From NCBI GenBank assembly GCA_965220825.1, contig OZ244839.1, positions 286,148 to 350,147 of the forward strand: 64,000 nt of DNA. The letters run 5' to 3'. Below are positions 10,550 through 25,500 of the stretch, in pieces (the first letter of the stretch is position 1; each line of letters begins with the position of its first letter). Below the pieces are notes generated by a model. The model saw nothing but the letters and a program-made list of their open reading frames with translations, was not told the origin of the DNA and did no database searches. The translations under genes and the position numbers were made by a program. The DNA is from Alphaproteobacteria bacterium. GTDB taxonomy: Bacteria > Pseudomonadota > Alphaproteobacteria > UBA828.

Positions 10550-13500
10550 ATGCTGCGGGCGCTTCGCGGCGACCGGAAGCCCTCGGTCCTTAACGCGCTG
10601 CCCCGAAGCAGGTCCGATACCGGCCCGTCCGCCGGTTCCAGCGGGTCCCTCCCCTCCGGCCGCTCTCGAACCACCACGTTCGATAGGGCGCGTGGGCGCG
10701 CGCGACGTACGAACCTCCTGCACTGGGCCCTGCGGCGGCCCATCCTCATGGCTGCGGCACTGCTGGCATCCCTTGCCTTCGGAGCGGGAGCGGTCGAGGC
10801 GCAGAGTCCGGGGCTGACGCTTTCGCCCACCGCGTTGACGGTGGGTGAAGGGGAGAGCGGGACCTACACGGTGGTCCTGGACAGCCAGCCGACGGGGACG
10901 GTGAGGGTGACGGTGTTTTCGGGGCACGGTTCCGCGACGGCGGACACGGACCCGAGCAAGGCGGGGGTGCAGTCGCGGCTTACCTTCACGACGACGAACT
11001 GGTCGACGCCTCAGATGGTGACGGTGACGGGGGTCGACAACGACGTCGACGATTTGACGAACCTGACGGCGACCGTGTTGCACTGGCCGTCGGGCGGCGG
11101 CTATGGCAGCGGCCAGAATGCGAACCTGTCGGTGACGTTGATAGACGATGACGTGAAGGGCCTGACGCTTTCGCCGGCTACGCTCACGGTGGCGGAGGGC
11201 GGAACCGGTACCTATACGGTGGTCCTGGACAGCCAGCCATACCAACCGGTGACGGTGACGGTGACGTCGTCGAATGGGAACGCGACGGTCGACACGGACC
11301 CTGCCACGACGGGGGATCAGTCGACACTGACCTTCACGGCCGGGAACTGGGACACGGCGCAGACGGTGGCGGTGACCGGTCTGGATGACGCCATCGTCAA
11401 TGCATCGGATCTGACCGCGACGGTGACGAACACGCCGTCGGGCAGCGACTATGGCAGTGGCGAGGCCGCGAGCGTCTCGGTGACGGTGACGGACGACGAT
11501 GCGAAGGGCCTGACGCTTTCGTCCAGCACGCTGACGGTGGCCGAAGGCGGAACCGGGACCTACACGGTGGCCCTGGACAGCGTGCCGACGGGGCCAGTGA
11601 CGGTGGCGGTGACGTCCTCGAACGGGAACGCGACGGTGGACACCGACCCGGCCACGGCGGGGGATCAGTCGACGCTGACCTTCACGACGGGAAACTGGTC
11701 GACGCCGCAGACGGTGACGGTGACGGGGATAGATGACGATATCGACAACCCGTCTGATCTGACGGCGGTGGTGACGAACACGCCGTCGGGCGGGGGTCTT
11801 GACGGCGGCGCGGCCGCGAGCCTGTCGGTGACGGTGACGGACGACGACGTGAAGGGTCTGACGCTTTCGTCCAGCACGCTGACGGTGGATGAAGGCGGAA
11901 TTGGGACCTACACGGTGGTTCTCGACAGCGAACCGACGGGGTCCGTGACGGTCACGGTGGCGTCGAGCGGGAACGCGACGGTGGACACGGACCCGGCCAC
12001 GACGGGGGATCAGTCGACGCTGACCTTCACGAGCGCGAACTGGTCGACGCCTCAGACGGTGACGGTGACGGCGGCCAACGACGCCATCGACAACCCGTCG
12101 GATCTGACAGCGACAGTGACGAATACGCCGTCGGGCGGCGGCTATGGCGACGACGAGACCGCGAGCGTCTCGGTGACGGTGACGAATGACGACATGACGG
12201 GCCTGACGCTGTCGCCCGCCACGCTGACGGTGGCGGAAGGCGGGAGCGGAACCTACAGGGTGGCCCTGGACAGCGAGCCGACGGGGTCGGTGACGGTCAC
12301 GGTGGCGTCGAGCGGGAACGCGACGGTGGACACGGACCCGGCCACGACGGGGGATCAGTCGACGCTGACCTTCACGAGTGCGAACTGGTCAACGCCGCAG
12401 ACGGTGACGGTGACGGGGGCCAATGACGCCATCGACAACCCGTCCGATCTAACGGCGACAGTGACGAATACACCGTCCGGCGGCGGCTATGGCAGTGGCG
12501 AGGCCGCGAGCCTGTCCGTGACGGTGACGAACGACGATGCGAAGGGCCTGACGTTGGCACCCAGCACGCTGACGGTGGCCGAGGGCGGAACCGGAACCTA
12601 CACGGTGGTCCTCGATAGCGAGCCGACGGGGTCGTTGACGGTGGCGGTGGCGTCGAACGGGAACGCTGCGGTGGACACGGACCCGGCCACGACGGGGGAT
12701 CAGTCGACACTGACCTTCACGACGGCGAACTGGTCGACGCCTCAGACAGTGACGGTGACGGGGGCCGATGACGTCATCGACAACCCATCGGATTTGACAG
12801 CGACAGTGACGAATACGCCGTCGGGCGGCGGCTATGGCGACGACGAGGCCGCGAGCGTCTCGGTGACGGTGACGGATGACGATGTGAAGGGTCTGACGCT
12901 TTCGTCCAGCACGCTGACGGTGGCCGAGGGCGGAACCGGAACTTACACGGTGGTCCTGGACAGTGAGCCGACGGGGTCGGTGACGGTCACGGTAGCGTCG
13001 AGCGGGAACGCGACGGTGGACACGGACCTGGTCACGACGGGGGATCAGTCGACACTGACCTTCACGACCGCGAACTGGTCGACGCCTCAGACCGTGACGG
13101 TTGCTGGGGCCAACGACGCCATCGACAATCCGTCCGATCTGACGGCGGTGGTGACGAACACGCCGTCGGGCGGCGGCTATGGTAGTGGTGAGGCCGCGAG
13201 CGTCTCGGTGACGGTGACGGACGACGATGTGAAGGGTCTGACGCTTTCGCCCGCCACGCTGACGGTGGCGGAAGGTGGGAGCGGAACCTACACGGTGGTC
13301 CTGAATACCGAACCGACGGGATCGGTGGCGGTCACGGTGGCGTCGAGCGGGAACGCGACGGTGGACACGGACCTGGTCACGACGGGGGATCAGTCGAAAC
13401 TGACCTTCACGACCGCGAACTGGTCGACGCCTCAGACCGTTACGGTGACGGGGGCCAACGATGCCATCGACAACCCGTCGGATCTGACGGCGACGTTGAC

Positions 13501-16500
13501 GAACACGCCAGCGGGCGGCGGCTATGGCAGCGGCGAGGCCGCGAGCCTGTCCGTGACGATGGCGGACGACGATGTGAAGGGCCTGACGTTGTCGCCCGCC
13601 GAGCTGACGGTGGGTGAAGGCGGAACCGGAACCTACACGGTGGCCCTGGACAGCGAGCCGACCGGGTCGGTGACGGTCACGGTGGCGTCGAGCGGGAACG
13701 CGACGGTGGATACGGATCCGGCCACGACGGGGGATCAGTCGACGCTGACCTTCACGACCGCGAACTGGTCGACGGCACAGACGGTGACGGTGTCGGGGGC
13801 CAACGATGCCATCGACAACCCGTCTGATCTGACGGCGACAGTGACGAACACGCCATCGGGCGGCGGCTATGGCAGCGGCGAGGCTGTGAGCCTGTCTGTG
13901 ACGGTGACGGACGACGATGTAAAGGGCCTGACGTTCTCGCCCGCGACACTGACGATCGGTGAAGGAGAGAGCGCGACCTACACGGTGGTTCTCGACAGCG
14001 AACCGACGGAGTCGGTAACGGTGACGGTGGTGCCGATCGGGACCGTGACGGTGGACACGGACCCGGCCACGACAGGGGATCAGTCGACACTGACCTTCAC
14101 GACCGCGAACTGGTCGACGCCACAGACGATAACGGTGTTGGGTCTGGACGACGACATCGATAACCCGTTCGATCTGACGTCGATAGTGATGCACAGGCCG
14201 TCAGGCGGCGGCTATGGCGCCGACGAGGCTGCGAGCGTCGCGGTGACGGTGACGGACGACGATGGGAAGGGTCTGACGCTTTCGCCCGCCACACTCACGG
14301 TGACGGAAGGCGGGAGCGGAACCTACACGGTGGTTCTGGAGAGCGTGCCGACGGGCCCGGTGACGGTCACGGTGGTGTCGTCGAACGCGAATGCGACGGC
14401 GGACACGGATCCGGCCACGGCGGGGGATCAGTCGACGCTGACTTTCACGACCGCGAACTGGTCGACGCCTCAGACGGTAACGGTGTCGGGGGCCAATGAC
14501 GCCATCGACAACCCGTCCGATCTGACGGCGACGGTGACAAACACGCCGTCGGGCGGCGGTTATGGCAGCGGCGAGGCCGCGAGCGTCTCGGTGACGGTGA
14601 CGGACGACGACGTGAAGGGTGTGACGCTTTCGCCCAGCACGCTGACGGTGGCCGAGGGCGGAACCGGGACCTACACGGTGGTTCTGGACAGCGAGCCGAC
14701 GGGGCCCGTGACGGTGGCGGTGGCGTCGAACGGGAACGCTGCGGTGGACACGGACCCGGCCACGACGGGGGATCAGTCCACACTGACCTTCACGACGGCG
14801 AACTGGTCGACGCCTCAGACAGTGACGGTGACGGGGGCCGATGACGCCATCGACAACCCATCGGATTTGACGGCGGTGGTGACGAACACGCCGTCGGGCG
14901 GCGGCTATGGCAGCGGCGAGGCTGCGAGTCTATCGGTGACGGTGACGGATGACGATGTGAAGGGTCTGACGCTTTCGTCCAGCACGCTGACGGTGGCCGA
15001 GGGCGGAACCGGAATCTACACGGTGGCCCTGGAGAGCGAGCCGACGGGCGAGGTGACGGTCACGGTGGCGTCGAGCGGGAACGCGACGGTGGACACGGAC
15101 CTGGCCACGACGGGGAATCAGTCCACACTGACCTTCACGACGGCGAACTGGTCGACGCCACAGACGGTGACAGTTACTGGGGCCGACGACGCCATCGACA
15201 ACCCGTCCGATCTGGCGGCAACGGTAACGAACACGCCAGCGGGCGGCGGCTATGGCAGCGGCGAGGCCGCGAGCCTGTCCGTGACGATGACGGACGACGA
15301 TGTGAAGGGCCTGACGTTGTTGCCCGCCGAGCTGACGGTGGGTGAAGGGGAAAGCGGTACCTACACGGTGGTCCTGGACAGCGAGCCGACGGGCGAGGTG
15401 ACGGTAACGATAGCCTCGTCGAGCGGGAACGCGACGGTGGACACGGACACGGCCACGACGGGGGCACAGTCGACACTGACTTTCACGGCGGCGAACTGGT
15501 CGGCACCACAGACGGTGACGGTGACGGGGGCCAACGACGCCATCGACAATGTGTCGGATCTGACGGCGACGGTGACGAACACGCCGTCGGGTGGTGGCTA
15601 TGGCAGCGGTGAGGCCGCGGACCTGTCTGTGACGGTGACGGACGACGATGCGAAGGGCCTGACGTTGTCGCCTAGCACGCTGGCGGTGGCCGAGGGCGGA
15701 ACCGGAACCTACACGGTGGTCCTGGACAGCGAGCCGACGGGACCGGTGACGGTGACTGTGGCGTCGTCGAACGACAACGCGACGGTGGACACGGACCCGG
15801 CCAAGACGGGATCACAGTCGACACTGACCTTCACGACGGCGAACTGGTCGACGCCGCAGACGGTGGTGGTGACGGGGGCCAATGACGCCATCGACAACCC
15901 ATCGGATCTGACGGCGACGGTGACGAATACGCCGTCGGGCGGGGGATATGGCAGCGGTGAGGCGGCGGACCTGTCTGTCACGGTGACGGACGACGATGTG
16001 AAGGGCCTGACATTCTCGCCCCTCGGGCTGGTGATGGGTGAAGGGGAAAGCGGTACCTACACGGTGGTTCTGGATAGCGAGCCGACGGGGACGGTGACGG
16101 TGACGGTGGCGCCGACCGGGGACGCGACGGTCGATACGGACCCGGAGACGACGGGAGATCAGTCGACACTGACCTTCACGACGGAGAATTGGTCGACGCC
16201 ACAGACAGTAACCGTGTCGACGTCCGACAACGACATCGACGATCCAATGCATCGGACGGTGATGGTGACGAACACGCCGTCGGGCGGCGGCTATGGCGGC
16301 GACGATGCCGCGCACCTGTACGTGACGTTGGTGGACAACGATATGAAGGGACTGACGCTTTCGCCCGCCACATTGACGGTGGATGAAGGCGGAACCGGTA
16401 CCTACACGGTGGTTCTGAACAGCGAGCCGACGGAGACGGTGACGGTGACTGTGACTGTGACGGTGGTGTTGGGCAGCGAAAACGTGACGGTCGACACGGA

Positions 16501-19500
16501 CCCGGCCACGATGGGGGATCAATCGACGCTGACCTTCACGACGGGGAACTGGGACACGGCACAGACGGTGACGGTGTCGGGTCTGGACGATGTCATCGAC
16601 AACCCATCGAATCTGACGTCGAAGATAACGAACATGCCGTCGGGCGGCGGCTATGGCAGCTTTGAGGTCAAGAACCTCTACGTGACGGTGAGGGACAACG
16701 ATGTGAAGGGCCTGACGCTTTCGTCCGCCACGCTGACGGTGGATGAAGGCGGGAGCGGGACCTACACGGTGGTCCTTAATACTGAACCGACGGGCCCGGT
16801 GAAGGTGACGGTGACGTCATCGAATCCAAACGCGACAGTCGACACGGATCTGGAGACGACGGGAGATCAGTCGACGCTGACCTTCACGACGGGGGACTGG
16901 TCTACGCCGCAGATGGTGACGGTGACGGGGATCAACGACGACATCGATAACCCATCGGATCTGACGACGACGGTGCTGAACAGGCCGTCGGGCGGAGGCT
17001 ATACCAGAAGCCAGAGTGCGCGCGTTTCGGTGACGGTAACGGACGACGATGTGAAGGGTCTGGCGCTTTCGGCCGCCACGCTGACGGTGGGTGAAGGTGA
17101 TAGCGGAACCTACACGGTTGTCCTGGACAGCGAGCCGACGGGCGAGGTGACCGTGACGGTTTCGTCGTCGAATGGGAACGCGGTGGTCGACACGGACCTG
17201 GCTACGACGGGAGATCAATCGACACTGACCTTCACGAGCGCGAACTGGTCGACGCCACAGACGGTGACGGTGACAGGGGCCGATGACGCTATCGACAATT
17301 CGTCCGATCTGACGGCGACGATAACCAACACGCCGTCGGGCGGTGGCTATGGCGACGACGAGGCCGTGAGCGTCTCGGTGGCGGTAACGGACGACGATGG
17401 GAGGGGCCTCACGCTTTCGGCCGCCACGCTGACGGTGACGGAAGGCGGGACCGGGACCTACACGGTGGCTCTGGACAGCGAGCCGACGGGCGAGGTGACC
17501 GTGGCGGTGGCATCGTCGAACGGGAACACGACGGTGGACACGGATCCGGATACGACGGGGTCGCAGTCGATGCTCACTTTCACGACAGCGAACTGGTCGA
17601 CGCCGCAGACGGTGGCGGTGACGGGGGTCAATGACGCCATCGACAACCCGTCGGATCTGACGGCGACGATAACCAACACGCCGTCGGGCGGCGGCTATGG
17701 CGGCGGCGAGGCCGCGAGCCTGTCTGTGACGGTGACGGACGATGACGCGAAGGGTGTGACGCTCTCGTCCGCCACGCTGACGGTGGCGGAAGGCGGAATC
17801 GGTACCTACACGGTTGTCCTGGACAGCGAGCCGACGGGGCCGGTGACGGTAACAGTGGCATCGTCGAACGCGAATGCGACGGTGGACGCGGATCCGAATA
17901 CGACGGGGTCGCAGTCGACACTGACCTTCACGACGGGGAACTGGTCGACGGCGCAGACGGTAGCGGTGTCGGGTCTGGACGACGCCATCGACAACGCGTC
18001 GGATCTGACGGCGACGATAACGAACACGCCGTCGGGCGGTGGCTATGGCGACGACGAGGCCGCGAGTGTCTCGGTGACGGTAACGGACGACGACGCGAAG
18101 GGCCTGACGCTATCGCCTGCCACGCTGACGGTGAGTGAAGGGGAGAGCGGGACCTACACGGTGATTCTGGACAGCGAGCCGACGGGGCCGGTGACGGTAA
18201 CGGTGGCATCGGGCAATGGGAACGCGACGGTCGACACGGATCCGGCCACGACGGGGACACAGTCGACACTGACCTTCACGAGCGCGAACTGGTCGACGGC
18301 GCAGACGGTGACGGTGTTGGGTGTGGACGACGCCATCGACAACGCGTCGGATCTGACGGCGGTGGTGACGAACACGCCGTCGGGCGGCGGCTATGGCAGC
18401 GGCGATGCCGCGAGCCTGTCTGTGACAGTGACGAACGACGATGTGAAAGGTGTGACGCTTTCGCCTGCGATGCTGACGGTGGATGAGGGTCGAAGCGGGA
18501 CCTACACGGTGGTCCTGGACAGCGAGCCGACGGGCGAAGTGATAGTGGCGGTCGCGTCGGGCAATGGAAACGCGACGGTGAGCCCGACGAGCCTGACCTT
18601 CACGACGGGGAACTGGGACAAGGCACAGACGGTAACGGTGACCGGGGCCAATGATGCTATCGACAACCCGTCCGATCTGACGGCGACGATAACCAACACG
18701 CCGTCGGGCGGTGGCTATGGCGACGACGAGGCCGCGAGCGTCTCGGTGGCGGTAACGGACGACGACGTGAAAGGCCTGACGCTATCGCCCGCCGCGCTGA
18801 CGGTGGCGGAAGGCGGAATCGGTACCTACACGGTTGTCCTGGACAGCGAGCCGACGGGGCCGGTGACGGTAACAGTGGCATCGTCGAACGCGAATGCGAC
18901 GGTGGACGCGGATCCGAATACGACGGGGTCGCAGTCGACACTGACCTTCACGACGGGGAACTGGTCGACGGCGCAGACGGTAGCGGTGTCGGGTCTGGAC
19001 GACGCCATCGACAACGCGTCGGATCTGACGGCGACGATAACGAACACGCCGTCGGGCGGTGGCTATGGCGACGACGAGGCCGCGAGTGTCTCGGTGACGG
19101 TAACGGACGACGACGCGAAGGGCCTGACGCTATCGCCTGCCACGCTGACGGTGAGTGAAGGGGAGAGCGGGACCTACACGGTGATTCTGGACAGCGAGCC
19201 GACGGGGCCGGTGACGGTAACGGTGGCATCGGGCAATGAGAACGCGACGGTCGACACGGATCCGGCCACGACGGGGACACAGTCGACACTGACCTTCACG
19301 AGCGCGAACTGGTCGACGGCGCAGACGGTGACGGTATTGGGTCTGGACGACGCCATCGACAATGCGTCCGATCTGACGGCGACGATAACGAACACGCCGT
19401 CGGGCGGCGGCTATGGCGACGATGAGACCGCGAGCGTCTCGGTGACGGTAACGGACGACGACGCGAAGGGTGTGACGCTCTCGTCCGCCACGCTGACGGT

Positions 19501-22500
19501 GAGTGAAGGGGAGAGCGGGACCTACACGGTGGTTCTCGACAGCGAGCCGACGGGGCCGGTGACCGTGACGGTGGCATCGTCGAACGCGAATACGACGGTG
19601 GACACGGATCCGGATACGACGGGGTCGCAGTCGACGCTGACCTTTACGACGGGGAACTGGGACAAGGTACAGACGGTAACGGTGGCCGGGGCCAATGATG
19701 CCATCGACAACCCGTCCGATCTGACGGCGACGATAACGAACACGCCGTCGGGCGGTGGCTATGGCGACGACGAGGCCGAGAGCGTTTCGGTGACCGTGAC
19801 GGACGACGACGTGAAAGGCCTGACGCTATCGCCCGCCGCGCTGACGGTGGCCGAGGGTGAAACCGGGGTCTACACGGTGGTTCTGGACAGCGAGCCGACG
19901 GGCGAGGTGACGGTGACGGTGAGCTCGTCGAACGGGAACGCGACGGTGGACACGGACCCGGAGACGACGGGGTCGCAGTCGACACTGACCTTCACGACGG
20001 GGAACTGGTCGACGCCTCGGACGGTGACGGTGTCGGGTCTGGATGATGCCATCGACAATCCATCGGATCTGACGGCGACGGTGTGGAACAGCCCGTTTGG
20101 TGGCGGCTATGACAGAGACGAGACTGCGAGCGTCTCGGTGACGGTGACGGACGACGACGTGAAGGGTGTAACGCTTTCGCGTGCCACGCTGACGGTGGCC
20201 GAAGGCGGGAGCGGGATCTACACGGTGGTCCTCGACAGCGAGCCGACGAGGTCGGTGACGGTAACGGTGGCATCGAGCGCTAACGCGACAGTGGACACGG
20301 ACCCGGATACGACAGGGGATCAGTCGACGCTGACTTTCACGACGGAGAACTGGTCGACACCGCAGACGGTGGCGGTGACCGGGGCCGATGACGCCATCGA
20401 CAATGCGTCGAACTTGACGGCGACGGTAACGAACACGCCGTCCGGCGGTGGCTATGGCGACGGCGAGACCGCGAGCGTCTCGGTGACGGTGACGAACGAC
20501 GATGGGAAGGGCCTTACGCTTTCGCCCGCCACACTCACGGTGACGGAAGGCGGGAGCGGGACCTACACGGTGGTTCTGAACAGCGAGCCGACGGGCGAGG
20601 TGACGGTGGCGGTGTCGTCTTCGAACGGGAACGCGACGGTGAGCCCGACGAGTCTGACCTTCACGACCGGGAACTGGGGCAGGCCACAGACGATAACGGT
20701 GACCGGGGCCAATGATGCCATCGACAACCCGTCGGATCTGACGGCGACGGTAACGAACACGCCTTCGGGCGGTGGCTATGGCGACGATGAGGCCGCGAGC
20801 GTTTCGGTGACGGTGACGGACAACGATGCGAAGGGTCTGACGCTTTCGCCCGCCACACTGACGGTGGCGGAAGGTGGAAGCGGGACCTACACGGTGGCCC
20901 TGAACAGCGAGCCGACGAGCTCGGTGACGGTGACGGTGTCGTCGTCGAACGGGAACGCGACGGTCGACACGGACCCGGATACGACGGGAGATCAGTCGAC
21001 ACTGACCTTCACGACGGAGAACTGGTCGACGGCACAGACGGTGACGGTGTCGAGTCTGGACGACGATATCGACAATGCGTCCGATCTGACGGCGACGATA
21101 ACGAACACGCCCTCGGGCGGCGGCTATGGCGACGACGAGGGCGCGAGCCTTCCGGTGACGGTCAGGAACGACGATGTGAAGGGCGTGACGCTTTCGACTA
21201 CCAGGCTGACGGTGGGTGAAGGTGGAAGCGGGACCTACACGGTGGCTCTGGACAGCGAGCCGACGGGATCGGTAACGATGACGGTGGCGTCGGGCAATGG
21301 GAACGCGACAGTGAGCCCGACGAGCCTGACCTTCACGACGGGGAACTGGTCGGCGCCTCAGACGGTGACGGTGACGGGTCTGGACGATGCTATCGACAAC
21401 CCGTCCGATCTGACGGCGACGGTAACGAACACGCCGTCGGGCGGTGGCTATGGCAATGAAGAGGCCGCGAGTGTCTCGGTGACGGTGACGGACGACGACG
21501 TGAAAGGCCTGACGCTATCGCCCGCCACACTGACGGTGGCCGAGGGCGGAAGCGGGACCTACACGGTGGTTCTGGACAGCGAGCCGACGGGATCGGTGAC
21601 GGTGACGGTGACCTCGTCGAACGGGAACGCGACGGTCGACACGGACCCGGAGACGACGGGGTCTCAGTCGACACTGACCTTCACGACGGGGAACTGGTCG
21701 ACGCCGCAGACGGTGACGGTGTCGGGTCTGGATGACGCCATCGACAACCCGTCGGATCTGACGACGACGGTGTGGAACAGGCCGTCGGGCGGCGGCTATG
21801 GCAGAGACCAGAATGCGAACTTGTCCGTGACGGTAACGGACGACGATGTGAAGGGCATGACGCTTTCATCCAACACGCTGACGGTGGCCGAAGGCGGGAG
21901 CGGGACCTACACGGTGGCTCTGGACAGCGAGCCGACGAGGTCGGTGACGGTAACGGTGGAATCGAGCGCGAACGCGACGGTCGACACGGACCCGGCCACG
22001 ACGGGAGATCAGTCGACACTGACCTTCACGACGGGGAACTGGTCGACGCCGCAGACGGTGACGGTGACCGGGGCCAATGACGCCATCGACAATGCGTCGA
22101 ACTTGACGGCGGTGGTGACGAACACGCCGTCGGGCGGAGGCTATGGCGGCGACGAGGCCGTGAGCGTCTCGGTGACGGTGACGAACGACGATGGGAAGGG
22201 TCTCACGCTTTCGCCCGCCGCACTCACGGTTACGGAAGGCAGGAGCGGGACCTACACGGTGGTCCTGAACAGCGAGCCGACGGGCGAGGTGACGGTGGCG
22301 GTGTCGTCGTCGAATGGGAACGCGACGGTCGACACGGACCCGACGACGATGGGGGATCAGTCGACACTGACTTTCACGATCGCGAACTGGTCGACGGCGC
22401 AGACGGTGACGGTGTCGGGGGCCGATGATGCGATCGACAACCCGTCTGATCTGACGGCAACTGTAACGAACACGCCGTCGGGCGGTGGCTATGGTGACGA

Positions 22501-25500
22501 CGAGGCCGCGAGCGTTTCGGTAACGGTGACGGACAACGATGCGAAGGGCCTGACGCTTTCGGCCGCCACGTTGACGATGGTCGAGGGTGGAACCGGAACC
22601 TACACGGTGATCCTGAACAGCGAGCCGACGGGCTCTGTGACGGTGACGGTGGCCTCGTCGAATGGGAACGCGACGGTCGACACGGACCCGGATACGACGG
22701 GGTCGCAGTCGACACTGACCTTCACGACCGGGAACTGGTCGACGGCGCAGACGGTGACGGTGACCGGGGCCGACGACGCCATCGACAATGCGTCGGATCT
22801 GACGGCGACGATAACGAACTCACCGTCGGGCGGCGGCTATGGCAATGAAGAGGCTGCGAGCCTGTCGCTGACGGTCAGGAACGACGATGTGAAGGGCCTG
22901 ACGTTGTTGCCCACCAGGCTGACGGTGGGTGAAGGGGAGAGCGGGACCTACACGGTGGTTCTGGACAGCGAGCCGACGGGATCGGTGACGGTGACGGTGG
23001 CGGTGACGTCGGGCAATGGAAACGCGACGGTGAATCCGACGAGCCTGACCTTCACGACAGAGAACTGGTCGACGGCGCAAACGGTAACGGTGACGGGAGC
23101 TAACGACGCCATCGACAACCCGTTTGATCTGGCGGCGACGGTAACGAACACGCCGTCGGGCGGGGGCTATGGCGACGACGAGGCCGCGAGTGTCTCGGTG
23201 ACGGTGACGGACGATGACGTGAAAGGCCTGACGCTATCGGCCGCCACGCTGACGGTGGGTGAAGGTGGAAGCGGGACCTACACGGTGGTTCTGGATAGCG
23301 AGCCGACGGGATCGGTGACGGTGACGGTGACCTCGTCGAACGGGAACGCGACGGTCGACACGGACCCGGAGACGACGGGGGATCAGTCGACACTGACCTT
23401 CACGACGGAGAACTGGGACACGGCACAGACAGTAACGGTGACGGGTCTGGACGACGCCATCGACAGCGCGTCGGATCTGACGGCGACGGTGTGGAACAGG
23501 CCGTTTGGCGGCGGTTATGACAGAAACCAGGATGCGAGCCTGTCCGTGACGGTAACGGACGACGATGTGAAGGGCATGACGCTGTCGTCCACCACGCTGA
23601 CGGTGGGTGAAGGCGGGAGCGGGACCTACACGGTGGCTCTGGACAGCGAGCCGACGGGGCTGGTGACGGTGACGGTGGCATCGAGCGCGAACGCGACAGT
23701 GGACACGGACCCGGATAGGACGGGGGATCAGTCGACACTGACCTTCACGAGCGAGAACTGGTCGACGCCGCAGACGGTGACGGTGACCGGGGCCGATGAC
23801 GCCATCGACAATGCGTCGAACCTGACGGCGACGGTGACGAACACGCCGTCCGGCGGTGGCTATGGTGATGACGAGGCCGCGAGCGTCTCGGTGACGGTGA
23901 CGAACGACGATGGGAAGGGCCTCACGCTTTCGCCCGCTACACTCACGGTGGGTGAAGGGGAGAGGGGCAGCTACACGGTTGTCCTGGACAGCGAGCCGAC
24001 GGGGCCGGTGACGGTGGCGGTGTCGTCGGGCAATGAAAACGCGACGGTGAGCCCGACGAGTCTGACCTTCACGACGGGGAACTGGGCCAGGCCACAGACG
24101 ATAACGGTGACCGGGGCCAATGATGCCATCGACAACCCGTCCGATCTGACGGCGGTGGTGACGAACACGCCGTCGGGCGGCGGCTATGGCGGCGACGAGG
24201 CCGCGAGCGTCTCGGTGACGGTGGCGGACGACGATGCGAAGGGTCTGACGCTTTCGCCTAGCGCGCTGACGGTGGCCGAGGGCGGTAGCGGGACCTACAC
24301 GGTGGCCCTGGACAGCGAGCCGACGGGCTCGGTGACGGTGGCGGTGTCGTCGTCGAACGGGAACGCGACGGTGGACACGGACCCGGCCACGACGGGGTCG
24401 CAGTCGACACTGACCTTCACGACGGAGAACTGGTCGACGGCACAGACGGTGACGGTGTCGGGTCTGGACGACGATATCGACAATGCGTCCGATCTGACGG
24501 CGGTGGTGACGAACACGCCGTCGGGCGGCGGCTATGGCAATGAAGAGGCTGCGAGCCTACCGGTGACGGTGACGAACGACGACGTGAAGGGCGTGACGCT
24601 TTCGACTACCGCGCTGACGGTGGCTGAAGGCGGGAGCGGGACCTACACGGTGGTCCTGGACAGCGAGCCGACGGGATCGGTGACGGTGGCGGTGGCGTCG
24701 GGCAACGGGAACGCGACAGTGAGCCCGACGAGCCTGACCTTCACGACGGGGAACTGGGACAAGGCGCAAACGGTAACGGTGTCGGGAGCCAACGACGCCA
24801 TCGACAACCCGTCTGATCTGACGGCGACAGTGACGAACACGCCGTCGGATGGTGGCTATGGCGACGATGAGGCCCAGAGCGTTTCGGTGACGGTGACTGA
24901 TGACGACGTGAAGGGCATGACGCTTTCGGCTGGGACGCTGACGGTGGATGAAGGCGGAAGCGGCACCTACACGGTTGTCCTGGACAGCGAGCCGACGGCG
25001 TCGGTGACGGTGACAGTGACGTCGTCCAACGGGAACGCGACGGTGGATACGGACCCGGATATGACGGGGGATCAATCGACACTGACCTTCACGACGGGGA
25101 ACTGGTCGACGCCTCAGACGGTGACGGTGTCGGGTCTGAACGACGCCATCGACAACCCGTCGGATCTGACTGCGACGGTGTGGAACAGGCCGTTTGGCGG
25201 CGGCTATGACAGAAACCAAGATACGAGCCTGTCCGTGACGGTAACGGACGACGATGTGAAGGGCATGACGCTGTCGTCCACCACACTGACGGTGGGTGAA
25301 GGTGGGAGCGGGACCTACACGGTGGCTCTGGACAGCGAGCCGACGAGGTCTGTGACGGTGACGGTGTCGTCGAGCGCAAACGCGACGGTGGACACGGATC
25401 CGGCCACGACGGGAGATCAGTCGACGCTGACCTTCACGGCGGGGAACTGGTCGACGCCTCAGACGGTGACGGTGTCGGGTCTGGACGACGACATCGACAA

